A stretch of 64,000 nucleotides of DNA from Patescibacteria group bacterium (GTDB lineage: Bacteria > Patescibacteriota > Patescibacteriia > Veblenbacterales > UBA10138): positions 75,147-139,146 of the forward strand of contig JAHITT010000006.1 in NCBI GenBank assembly GCA_018817715.1, written 5' to 3'. The notes below the pieces were generated by a model, which worked only from the letters and a program-made list of their open reading frames with translations, searched no databases and was not told the DNA's origin. The position numbers and the translations under genes are program-made. Numbering within the stretch: the stretch's first letter is position 1; each line of letters opens with the position of its first letter. Positions 48,069-56,687 of this stretch are shown here, one piece after another.

Positions 48069-48732
48069 AAACAGCCACTAATTTACTACCAAATTTTTTA
48101 ATTTTTTTTAACAAGACAAATAACAAATCCTTTTTTCTTTTTAATAAGCCACCAGCTAATATTAATATCTCCGGATTATATTTATTTGCTAGATCAGCTA
48201 TTTTTGGATGTAACCAACTAACAAAGTTATCTAATCCGTCAGATTTTTTAATTTTATACTCGCTTTCCCACGGTTCGCGCTGTTCCAACTTTTTTATTTT
48301 CTTAACCCGACCGTTCTCGGCCACAGCTCTCCCCACACCCGTACCTAAAGTTATAAGCAAAATTTTCTTAGTTTGCCAAAGTGGTTTAGTTTTTAAAATT
48401 TGCCGCAAACGCCATCTGGCATCATTATCTACTATTAATTTAACACCAACTGGCAGTAATGTTTTAAAATTAAAATTCTTTAAAAAAGGGATGTTACTGC
48501 AACTTATAACTTTAGTACCACTTACCCGCCCGGCCACGCCAATATCCACCACACTAATCTGCTGATCGCCTGATAATCGACTAAACAATTTGCTAAAATT
48601 TTTTTTAAAATCTACTAAATTAGCTAACTGTTTAATTTTAATGGTCTTAATTATTTTTTGTCCACTAACCAAGCTAGCTCGAACATAAGTACCGCCGATA
48701 TCAAACAAAATTTTAAAAATTCGTTGGCTCAT
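48061..48732 (-). CDS. short ASKHA/ROK-like sugar-kinase-fold protein
   Basis: FDIGGTYVRASL phosphate-1 motif, DNDA and LGTGVG. Confidence 0.5.
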   Translation of the reverse strand: MSQRIFKILFDIGGTYVRASLVSGQKIIKTIKIKQLANLVDFKKNFSKLFSRLSGDQQISVVDIGVAGRVSGTKVISCSNIPFLKNFNFKTLLPVGVKLIVDNDARWRLRQILKTKPLWQTKKILLITLGTGVGRAVAENGRVKKIKKLEQREPWESEYKIKKSDGLDNFVSWLHPKIADLANKYNPEILILAGGLLKRKKDLLFVLLKKIKKFGSKLVAVYD

Positions 48733-48735
48733 AAA

Positions 48736-49383
48736 TCAGTCTTTTATCAAGTGTCTATTATATCCTTCTTTTACTAAAAATTCATAAGCTGCCCAAACGT
48801 CATCAGGAATCTCTTGCGGTATTTGAAAACCTTTTTCTGGATATAATTTAATCCTTTGTAAATCTCCAACTATGATATTTATTAAATCGATTTCGGGTAT
48901 CTGCTCGTTAGGGTAATCTTCAAAAGATATTCTAGGTGAAGTAACTATTAAACTCTTTCCCGGCCATAATTTTTTAAAAGTTGCGTAAGCTCTTCTCTCC
49001 ATATAAGGCTTTTGTACCACCATAAAAGAATTAGGATTGACGTTCTTTTTCCTTAAAAGCTCTTTGGTAAACAAAATATTTTCTCCAGTGTTAGTGGATT
49101 TATTCTCGATAATAATTTTTTCCTTAGGTACTCCTTTGTTAACGGCAATTTCAGCAAAGATATCCGCTTCACTTTTTGACCAAATATCCTTAGTCAAATT
49201 ACCCAATCCACCGGAAAAAATAATCAAAGGGGCATAACCTTCCAAAAACAAATCAGCACCCATCTCGCCCACTCTGACGTCATGACTGCCTAAAACAAAT
49301 ATACAATCAGCTTTTTTCAACGATTGATTAAGCCGGTGGTAGTTCCACAATATTTTAGCCGCTTTATGTACCTCATTACCCAT
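48736..49383 (-). CDS. DUF218 (YdcF/SanA-like) domain protein
   Basis: IFVLGS...FSGG...TNTGENI pattern. Confidence 0.6.
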   Translation of the reverse strand: MGNEVHKAAKILWNYHRLNQSLKKADCIFVLGSHDVRVGEMGADLFLEGYAPLIIFSGGLGNLTKDIWSKSEADIFAEIAVNKGVPKEKIIIENKSTNTGENILFTKELLRKKNVNPNSFMVVQKPYMERRAYATFKKLWPGKSLIVTSPRISFEDYPNEQIPEIDLINIIVGDLQRIKLYPEKGFQIPQEIPDDVWAAYEFLVKEGYNRHLIKD

Positions 49384-49401
49384 AAAACTAATTAACGTAA
49401 A

Positions 49402-50163
49402 CTAAGTAGCTAGCCAACCGCCGTCCACATGTAAAGTGGCGCCGGTTACATACCCAGCTTCCCCTGAAGCCAAAAACACAGCCGCGGCCGCCACTTCTTC
49501 GGGTAAACCCATTCTGTTAAGCGGTATGCGAGCCATAAGCCCTTGTAAAGCTTCTTTGGGTATATCAGAGGAAGAGGCCATAGGCGTATCTATAGCGCCG
49601 GGGGCTATAACATTAACTGTAATACCCAAAGGCGCCCATTCTATAGCCATAGTTTCGGACATACCAATAACCCCTCCCTTAGAAGAGGTGTAATGAACAC
49701 CCCCAGCAATACCCACACCTACCTGCCCCGAAGCTATAGAAGAAATATTTATAATGCGACCCCATTTATTCTTAGTCATCAACTTAGCGGCCGCCTGGGC
49801 GCAAAAAAACTGACCTTTTAAATTTATATCTATAGTTTTATCCCAATCGCCTTCTGTTAATTCAGTGGCGGCTTTAGGCAGATAAACTCCGGCATTGTTT
49901 ATTAAAATATCCAGCCGGCCATAGTGTTTTTCCACTTCAGCAAATACCTGATTAATTTCTTGTAAATCAGTTACATCCATTTTAAAAGCTATAGCCTGGC
50001 CACCAGCGCCAATTATTTCTTCGGCTACTTTTTGGCACTCTGCCAAATTTATATCTGTTACCACCACCTTAGCGCCCTGACTAGCTAAAGCTTTAGCATG
50101 CGCTAAACCCATGCCCTGCTTAGCTCCAGTAATAAGAGCGACCTTGCCTGTTAAATTAAACAT
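49402..50163 (-). CDS. short-chain dehydrogenase/reductase (FabG/acetoin-reductase-like)
   Basis: TGAKQGMGLA (TGxxxGxG), NNAG and YTSSKGG (YxxxK) motifs. Confidence 0.88.
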   Translation of the reverse strand: MFNLTGKVALITGAKQGMGLAHAKALASQGAKVVVTDINLAECQKVAEEIIGAGGQAIAFKMDVTDLQEINQVFAEVEKHYGRLDILINNAGVYLPKAATELTEGDWDKTIDINLKGQFFCAQAAAKLMTKNKWGRIINISSIASGQVGVGIAGGVHYTSSKGGVIGMSETMAIEWAPLGITVNVIAPGAIDTPMASSSDIPKEALQGLMARIPLNRMGLPEEVAAAAVFLASGEAGYVTGATLHVDGGWLAT

Positions 50164-50170
50164 AAATTTA

Positions 50171-50839
50171 TTAATTTAAATAATTAGCTAAAGATTTTAT
50201 CTTTTTTATCTGAATATCAGCTGCCGATAAATCCCCACTGACTTGCGAATACAAACCTACTGTTTTAAAACCGATTTTACTGGCCACAGGAAACATTTTC
50301 GGCATATCATCAACATAAATAATTTCTGTGGGTTGTAATTTAAAAAGTTTAATAGCTTTTAATAAGCCTTGCGGGTGCGGTTTGGGCTTAACAACGTCTT
50401 CCCCAGCCACAATAAAAGAAAAATAATCTTCTAAATCAAATTTTTGCAAACCATTTTTTACAATATCTTGCCCGGCCGCACTTAAAATTCCCATTTTTAT
50501 ATTATTTTTATTTAACTTTTGTAATAAACTTTTAACACCCGAATTTGCTTTAATGTATTTTTCGTATTTTTTATATCGACTGTTCATTAAATTATGAACT
50601 TTAGATAATTTATTTTTAGGTACGCCGTGCTCCAAATAAAACCCCTGCCAATCTTGGTGTATGTTTTTAAACCAATAAGCCATAGACAATCTTTTTCCGC
50701 CTAAATCGACTATCACATCACACTCGGCCCGACCACAAGCGCCTAAATCATCCACTATAACCCCGTTATAATCGAATAAAACAGCTTTTATTTTATTTTT
50801 TGTTTTAATTTTGCGAATCATAATAACTACTTTATCCAC
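50171..50839 (-). CDS. HAD-superfamily hydrolase
   Basis: VLFDYNGV motif I, LSAAG, K.KPHP and VDD. The 50839 start overlaps the ALDH stop by 13 nt; the ATG at 50821 is an alternative start. Confidence 0.7.
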   Translation of the reverse strand: MDKVVIMIRKIKTKNKIKAVLFDYNGVIVDDLGACGRAECDVIVDLGGKRLSMAYWFKNIHQDWQGFYLEHGVPKNKLSKVHNLMNSRYKKYEKYIKANSGVKSLLQKLNKNNIKMGILSAAGQDIVKNGLQKFDLEDYFSFIVAGEDVVKPKPHPQGLLKAIKLFKLQPTEIIYVDDMPKMFPVASKIGFKTVGLYSQVSGDLSAADIQIKKIKSLANYLN

Positions 50840-52191
50840 ACTGTTTTAATATTAGTAAAAGCCTTAATACCATAGGCACCCATTTCCCGGCCATAACCGG
50901 ATTTTTTTATGCCGCCAAAAGGCAACCGGGGGTCAGATTTAACCATAGAATTCACAAACACCGAACCGGCTTTTATTTGTGGCACTAATTCTTGTATTAA
51001 TTTTTCATCCTTAGTCCACAACGAAGCGCCCAAACCAAAACGGGTGTCGTTGGCTATAGTAATAGCTTCGGCTGAATTTTTTACTTTTATAACCGCCGCT
51101 ACCGGACCAAAAACTTCTTCCTCATAAGCCGGCATACCTGGTTTAACATCTGTTAAAATAGTTGGCTGATAAAAATAACCGGTTTTAGCCAAGCGCCGGC
51201 CACCGCACAAAATTTTGGCCCCTAATTTAACCGAAAGATCCACTTGTTTTTCCACTTCTAATAAAATTTGCTCTGTAGCCAAAGGGCCAACATTGGTTTC
51301 TTTATTTTCCGGATCGCCCACTATTAAATTTTGATAATGTTTTAACAACTGACTAACAAACTGATCATAAACTGGTTCTTCCACAATAAATCTTTTAGCC
51401 GAAATACAGGTTTGTCCGGCATTATTAAGCCTGGCTGTTACAGCCACCTGGCAACTTAAATCCACATCCGCCTCTTGTAAAACTATAAAAGGATCACTAC
51501 CGCCTAATTCCAAAACTGATTTTTTAATAGCTTGGCCGGCAATAGCGGCCACGCTTTGCCCGGCTGCTTCACTGCCGGTTAAACTAACTCCTTGTATTCT
51601 GTCATCCTTTATCACCTCGGCTACTCTGGTTGAGCCTATTAATAAATTTTGATAAATATTTTCCGGACAACCACTATCTTTAAAAACTTTAGCAATTAAT
51701 TCAGCTGATTGTGGCACATTGGAAGCATGTTTTACTACCACAGTATTACCAGCCATTAAAGTAGGCGCCACAAACCGAAAAACCTGCCAAAACGGAAAAT
51801 TCCAAGGCATTACTCCCAAAATAACGCCTAAGGGTTCAAAAACAACATAACTGGAACCAGCGTCGGTTTTTATGACTTCTTTATTTAATAAATCTTCTCC
51901 AGCTTCAGCGTAATACTCCAGCACCCAAGCACTTTTTTCTACCTCACTATTAGCGGCCGCCAGCGGCTTACCCATTTCTTTAGTAATAATAAACCCTAAA
52001 TCTTCTTTATGGCTTCTTAAATAAGCAGCTAATTCATTTAAATGTTCTGCTCGCTCCTTATAACTTAAAGCACTCCAAGCGGTAAAGGCCTGCGCCGCCA
52101 AAGCCAGCTTATTATCAAGTTCGCTTGAAGAAATTTCTTGATACTCAGCTTCGACTTTTAAAGTAAAAGGATTTTTGGAAATAAAAGGCAT
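50827..52191 (-). CDS. NAD(P)-dependent aldehyde / succinate-semialdehyde dehydrogenase
   Basis: PWNFPFWQ, LELGGSDP, catalytic GQTCISAKR and EEVFGPV motifs. Confidence 0.88.
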   Translation of the reverse strand: MPFISKNPFTLKVEAEYQEISSSELDNKLALAAQAFTAWSALSYKERAEHLNELAAYLRSHKEDLGFIITKEMGKPLAAANSEVEKSAWVLEYYAEAGEDLLNKEVIKTDAGSSYVVFEPLGVILGVMPWNFPFWQVFRFVAPTLMAGNTVVVKHASNVPQSAELIAKVFKDSGCPENIYQNLLIGSTRVAEVIKDDRIQGVSLTGSEAAGQSVAAIAGQAIKKSVLELGGSDPFIVLQEADVDLSCQVAVTARLNNAGQTCISAKRFIVEEPVYDQFVSQLLKHYQNLIVGDPENKETNVGPLATEQILLEVEKQVDLSVKLGAKILCGGRRLAKTGYFYQPTILTDVKPGMPAYEEEVFGPVAAVIKVKNSAEAITIANDTRFGLGASLWTKDEKLIQELVPQIKAGSVFVNSMVKSDPRLPFGGIKKSGYGREMGAYGIKAFTNIKTVWIK

Positions 52192-52225
52192 AAAGTTTAA
52201 ATCCTAATTAATTGACACGTTAGAT

Positions 52226-52314
52226 GTCATCCTGAGGCCTTAGCCGAAGGATCTCAACACCTAAAAATTTGCTAACAAAATTCTTCACCCTACGAACGAA
52301 GGGTTCAGAATGAC
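52226..52314. repeat. GC-rich 89-bp miniature element with imperfect terminal inverted repeats
   Basis: gtcatcctgagg at the left end faces gttcagaatgac at the right end (8 of 12 complementary). Internal hairpins are atcct-ga-ggc-ctta-gcc-ga-aggat and accct-acgaacga-agggt. Confidence 0.4.
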
Positions 52315-52328
52315 CCTACTTTTGATTC

Positions 52329-53990
52329 TTACAGTTCACAGGTTTTTTGTTTTAGCTCTTCATCAAAAACTTTTTTATTTTCACTGTAATCTATAGGACA
52401 ATCTATTATTTGCACCCCGCCTAAAACCTTAGCTTTATCTAAAGCCTTGGTAAAACCTTCAGCCGATTCTACTTTTAAACCACCAGCGCCAAAACTTTTA
52501 GCTAAACTAACAAAGTCGGGGTTAGTAAAATCTAAACCAAAATCAGTAAAACCCATTTGCTGTTGTTTCCACTTTATCATACCCAGGCCTTTGTCATTTA
52601 AAACAACCACTACTAAATCCAAACTCAAACGAACAGCTGTTTCCAAGTCGCCTAAAGACATCATAAACCCGCCATCACCCACCACGGCCACCACCAATTT
52701 TTCCGGATTAAGTAATTTAGCCGCCATAGCCGAAGCTAAGCCGGCGCCCATAGTAGCTAAAGCGTTATCTAACAAAACTGTATTAGGTTCCCGAGCAGGA
52801 AAATTCCTAGCCAGCCACAATTTATACATACCATTATCCAAAGCCAAAATACTGTCTGCTGGCATAAAATCCCGCAAGTCTTTAGCTAATCGTTGCGGTT
52901 TTAAAGGCCAAGCTGAATCGTCAGCTTTTTCTAAAATATGTTCTTTTAATTTTTGGCTTAACTTTTTATAATAAGAAAAATCCCAAACAACACTAGGTTT
53001 AATTTTTTCGGCCAGCGCCCACAAAGAATGAGCAATATCGCCTACCACTTCCAAGGTTGGCGCATAAACATAATCCACATCCGCCTCGGAAAAATTTATA
53101 TGAATAACCTCTCTGTCACCCTGAGCCATAATTAACGGCGGTTTTTCCACTGTTTCATGACCAACAACAATTAATAAATCTGCTTTTTGCAAAGCGCAGT
53201 GAATATAATCTCCCTCGCTTAAAGCTGTATTGCCGATATAACATTCTTTGGTTTCGTCTAGCACGCCTTTACCCATTTGCGTGGTTATAAAAGGAATACC
53301 GGTTTTTTTTACAAACTCGCTTAAGTGCTTATGAATTCTTTTGCGATTGGCCCCAGCGCCAATTACTATTAACGGCCGTTGAGCTGACATTATTTTGTTA
53401 GCCGCCTCGGTAATAGCTTTGGGGTCGGGCCCGGGTCGTCTAACTTTTACTGGCAACAAAACTTGCTTGTCGGTTATATCTTCGGCTATATCCTCAGGCA
53501 GTTCTAAATGAACCGCGCCCGGCCGTTCGCTTTCGGCCACTTTAAAAGCTTCCCGCACCATAAAGGGCGCCCGATCAGCGCTAACTATAGTACTAGCCAG
53601 TTTAGTAACCGGCTCCATCATTCTAACCACATCTAATATTTGAAAATGACCTTGCCTAGATTTACGCAAAGCTTTTTGCCCAGTAATTATAATAAGTGGC
53701 ATACCACCTAAATTGGCATAAGCCGCGCCGGTTACCAAATTGGTAGCACCGGGGCCCAAGGTACTTAGCACCACGCCAGCTTTACCTGTTAAACGGCCAT
53801 AAGTAGCCGCCATAAAAGCGGCGGTTTGCTCGTGTCTGGTTAAAATAAACTTTATTTGCGTTGATTTACTTAAAGCTTGTAACAAAGACAAATTTTCCTC
53901 ACCAGGCAAGCCAAAAACATATTTTACGCCTTCTGTTTCCAAGGCTTCCACTATAATTTCCGCTGCTGTTTTAGGGTTTTTATTTAACAT
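52329..53990 (-). CDS. thiamine-diphosphate-dependent acetolactate-synthase-like enzyme
   Basis: N-terminal Pyr domain GLPGEENL..HEQTAAFMA; TPP motif GDGGFMM...VVLNDKGLGMI. Confidence 0.85.
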   Translation of the reverse strand: MLNKNPKTAAEIIVEALETEGVKYVFGLPGEENLSLLQALSKSTQIKFILTRHEQTAAFMAATYGRLTGKAGVVLSTLGPGATNLVTGAAYANLGGMPLIIITGQKALRKSRQGHFQILDVVRMMEPVTKLASTIVSADRAPFMVREAFKVAESERPGAVHLELPEDIAEDITDKQVLLPVKVRRPGPDPKAITEAANKIMSAQRPLIVIGAGANRKRIHKHLSEFVKKTGIPFITTQMGKGVLDETKECYIGNTALSEGDYIHCALQKADLLIVVGHETVEKPPLIMAQGDREVIHINFSEADVDYVYAPTLEVVGDIAHSLWALAEKIKPSVVWDFSYYKKLSQKLKEHILEKADDSAWPLKPQRLAKDLRDFMPADSILALDNGMYKLWLARNFPAREPNTVLLDNALATMGAGLASAMAAKLLNPEKLVVAVVGDGGFMMSLGDLETAVRLSLDLVVVVLNDKGLGMIKWKQQQMGFTDFGLDFTNPDFVSLAKSFGAGGLKVESAEGFTKALDKAKVLGGVQIIDCPIDYSENKKVFDEELKQKTCEL

Positions 53991-54092
53991 AAACGTCCAT
54001 CTATTTTAGCAGACTACCGAGCTTGTATCAAAAAAACCCGCTAACCTTCTTAAATTCACAAAAACATAAGGAACTGACGAACACCTCAAAGT

Positions 54093-54122
54093 AAAAAACA
54101 CTGAGCCGTTCAGTGATTTTTT
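54093..54122. terminator. bidirectional intrinsic terminator
   Basis: aaaaaa-cactga-gccgt-tcagtg-atttttt. Confidence 0.7.
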
Positions 54123-54139
54123 GGCTAAAATTAAATAAT

Positions 54140-54841
54140 TTAACCTGCCTTTTCCTTATCAAACAAATAATGTTTTAATAAAATAATCAGCACCCACGCG
54201 ACGCAAATAATTAAAACCCACTTTAAACCCATAATTTTAAGGGCCGATGGACCAAGTTTAAAAACCAATATACCCCAAAAAGTTTCCCAAAATACTATGC
54301 CAGCCAAAGAATAAGCGGCAAAACGACGCCAAGGAATTTGTAAAATTCCCGCGGCCGTAGCTGTCATGGCGGCTAGATTAGGATTCCAGTAAGTAAACAA
54401 AACCGCTGTGGATTCCTTACTAACTAGTTTTTGTTTAGCCAGTTCAATGGCTTTGCTAAAACCGAATTTCATAAATAGTTTGTACCAACCATACTTACCT
54501 AATAAATAACTGACTGAATAAGAAGCCACAAAAGCCAGCATAACAATAAGCACCATAGTAACGACTTTTAAAATATCCTGACCCGAAGATATTACTCCCA
54601 AAAAAATAATGACTCCACCCGGAAAATACTGGCCAACAATAAAAAACCCTTCTAAAAAGGCGCCCAGAAATACCACCCACAAACCTAATTCAGAAAACTT
54701 TTCCAAAATCATGTTAGCGACTGATTCATCCACTGGCAATCCCAATAGGCGCCAAATTACGTAAACAACCAAATAAGTGCTCAGCACTATAATGGGTAAA
54801 ATCAACAGACCGATTATTTCTTTAAATTTAGTCATACTCAA
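54140..54841 (-). CDS. DedA-family membrane protein
   Basis: Polytopic; G.F.P.E......G pattern (FLEGFFIVGQYFPGGVIIFLG). Confidence 0.7.
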   Translation of the reverse strand: MSMTKFKEIIGLLILPIIVLSTYLVVYVIWRLLGLPVDESVANMILEKFSELGLWVVFLGAFLEGFFIVGQYFPGGVIIFLGVISSGQDILKVVTMVLIVMLAFVASYSVSYLLGKYGWYKLFMKFGFSKAIELAKQKLVSKESTAVLFTYWNPNLAAMTATAAGILQIPWRRFAAYSLAGIVFWETFWGILVFKLGPSALKIMGLKWVLIICVAWVLIILLKHYLFDKEKAG

Positions 54842-54963
54842 AATATAACATTAATTTAATAAATAATCACAGAAAAACTAATAAATTGACTTTTCTAAGT
54901 ATTGGCTTTAAGGTAAGGGCAAATAAATAAAGCATTATTAAAAACAACATATAAAGGTGCCAA

Positions 54964-55671
54964 ATGAATCTACAAAAATTAATGGAGCATTTTTTTAAAC
55001 TCTACGGCAAAAGAAATAGAATATTCCTGCAAAACTTATTGCAGCGCATAGTCTTTTTAAATCTGGCTATAGCCGATTTACAAGAAGCTATCAGAAAACA
55101 AGCCGACCCAGCTGATTTAAAAATAGCTTTAGCAAGAATAGTGTCTAGAATTTTCTGCGTAGCCGATTACTTTGCTAGCGACCAACTGGCGGTTGTTATG
55201 TCTCAAAAATACCCCAATAGCCATTGCAGTTACTGCCAAAAATTACCTTGTAAGTGTCCAGAAAAAAGACCTAGCAGTATATTAACAAATCCAAACCCTA
55301 CTCAACTGAACTGGACCTTAAAACAATGGTGCCGACATTTTAAAAAAATCTACGGCGCTAAAAATAAATCCAAGGGTCTTGAAAATATTCTTAACCGCTT
55401 GTTCAAGGAAATAAGCGAACTATTGATACTAGCTATGAAAACTCCCAGCACTTTTTCCGCCCATACAACCATAGACGACATAGAAATAGAATTTTCCAAA
55501 GAACTAGCTGATACTCTAGCCTGGACAATAGCTATAGCCAATTTATTGACAGTTGATTTAGAACAAGCTGTTTTGGAACGTTATGGTAATGGCTGCTGGA
55601 AGTGTCATAACACTACCTGTACCTGCACGGAATTCAATTATGACCAAGTGTTTTGGCCATCGGTAAAATAA
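54964..55671 (+). CDS. tandem MazG-like helical domains, each ending in a CX2CX4CXC knuckle
   Basis: Internal duplication. Repeat 1 ends HCSYCQKLPCKC. Repeat 2 carries KELADTLAWTIAIANLLTVDLEQAVLERYG (MazG-like) and ends CWKCHNTTCTC. Confidence 0.5.
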   Translation: MNLQKLMEHFFKLYGKRNRIFLQNLLQRIVFLNLAIADLQEAIRKQADPADLKIALARIVSRIFCVADYFASDQLAVVMSQKYPNSHCSYCQKLPCKCPEKRPSSILTNPNPTQLNWTLKQWCRHFKKIYGAKNKSKGLENILNRLFKEISELLILAMKTPSTFSAHTTIDDIEIEFSKELADTLAWTIAIANLLTVDLEQAVLERYGNGCWKCHNTTCTCTEFNYDQVFWPSVK

Positions 55672-55682
55672 TAATTATTATG

Positions 55683-55714
55683 ACCAAGTTGTTTAAAAAA
55701 CAACTTGGTTTTTT
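55683..55714 (+). terminator. intrinsic terminator
   Basis: accaagttg-loop-caacttggt followed by a T6 run. Confidence 0.8.
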
Positions 55715-55746
55715 AATATTAAAAACAACAAAATAACCTAAATTAA

Positions 55747-55786
55747 CCTGTGGATAACATAGGCTAATTCGTACGAATTAGCCTAT
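55747..55786 (+). repeat. 40-bp repeat, left copy (TGTGGATAA motif plus 28-bp perfect palindrome)
   Basis: cctgtggataacATAGGCTAATTCGTACGAATTAGCCTAT; identical 40/40 to 61350-61389. Confidence 0.95.
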
Positions 55787-55793
55787 AAAGAAA

Positions 55794-56615
55794 TTATTTA
55801 AAGGGATGAGACTTTTTAAACTCTTCTAGGACTCCAGATTTTTTGGCTATGGACAACAATTTTTTATGCAAATGTTTGTTACTTAATAAAGCGCCTTTAA
55901 TAAACCCGTTATACTTTTGTTCCTTCCCCCATAAATCTGTTACCTTACCACCAGCTTCCTCCACCACTATTTTAGCCGCCGCAATGTCATGGGCTAATTT
56001 ACCATTAAATATACAACCATCAAACCCGCCAGTAGCTATTAAAGAAGCCGCTTCAGCTACCGAATAAACCTCGGGCGTGCGAGCGTTTTGTTTATGAAGT
56101 AAAACAGAAGCGGACGAACTTTTCCAACCGGTTTTTATTAAAGCGCCAGCCAAAATTTTTTTATTGCTTACTGATAACTTAAAATTCTTTTCCACCAAAT
56201 AAGCGCCCTTGCCTTTTTCGGCCAGTACTGTGCGCCTGGCTAAAGGATTACACAGCACTCCAGCCACTGGCCGACCATCTATAACAATAGCGGCCGAAAA
56301 AACAAACAACGGCGCGCCAATAATAAACATATGCGTGCCATCTATGGGGTCCACCACAAATAATTTACGACCAATTGTTTTAGAACTTATTTCTTCACCC
56401 AAGACATCAAAATCCGGGTAAGCCTTGGCCACCTCGCGCAGAACCATTTGGTTAACAGCAATGTCGGCCTTGGTTACGGCATCCAATCCCCAATCAGCCT
56501 TTTTATTTTTAATAGTATAACTTACCCCACAAGGATTGTAATACTTAAGCATTAGCCGACTAGCTTTGCTGGATAAGTTTAATAGGAATTTTGTTTGCTT
56601 GCTAAATTTTTTCAT
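55794..56615 (-). CDS. inositol-monophosphatase-family phosphatase (SuhB/CysQ-like)
   Basis: GEE, VVDPIDGT and HDIAAAKIVVEEAGG motifs. Confidence 0.85.
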   Translation of the reverse strand: MKKFSKQTKFLLNLSSKASRLMLKYYNPCGVSYTIKNKKADWGLDAVTKADIAVNQMVLREVAKAYPDFDVLGEEISSKTIGRKLFVVDPIDGTHMFIIGAPLFVFSAAIVIDGRPVAGVLCNPLARRTVLAEKGKGAYLVEKNFKLSVSNKKILAGALIKTGWKSSSASVLLHKQNARTPEVYSVAEAASLIATGGFDGCIFNGKLAHDIAAAKIVVEEAGGKVTDLWGKEQKYNGFIKGALLSNKHLHKKLLSIAKKSGVLEEFKKSHPFK

Positions 56616-56687
56616 AAAGACAAATTAAGATTGCCATTCAAAACTATCTCCCAACCAACCGCTTTGGATAACAAGTTTGTAGTAAAA

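Noticed and set aside
52447-52971. A 174-aa + strand ORF antisense to the ALS-like gene. Many other listed ORFs lie antisense to or nested in stronger genes, for example 380-607, 694-960, 1533-1733, 9882-10157, 16522-16824, 17551-17844, 23262-23633, 45048-45341, 58484-58819, 59906-60178 and 60248-60508.
   Set aside because: They lie entirely within, and opposite or out of frame to, genes with clear family motifs. Their translations are low-complexity (K/S/P/L-rich) shadow frames typical of AT-rich DNA.
55749-55757. TGTGGATAA, a perfect DnaA-box consensus in reverse complement, occurs inside both 40-bp repeats (also at 61352-61360). ATATCCACA occurs at 9050-9058 and TTATCCACA at 50832-50840. 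Could this be oriC?
   Set aside because: No dnaA or dnaN gene and no AT-rich unwinding element cluster is present. Two of the boxes exist only because the 40-mer is duplicated, and the 50832 box lies inside the ALDH coding sequence. One perfect 9-mer per about 128 kb of two-strand sequence is close to the chance expectation. It is kept only as a descriptive label for the repeat's 12-nt extension.
56662-56673. ctttggataaca lies in the 72-bp spacer between the IMPase gene and the res stop. It resembles the cctgtggataaca end of the repeat (11 of 12) and might mark an inner cassette boundary.
   Set aside because: A 12-mer with one mismatch is expected about 0.3 times by chance in this window, and no palindrome follows it. 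The position is suggestive but the match is not statistically supportable.
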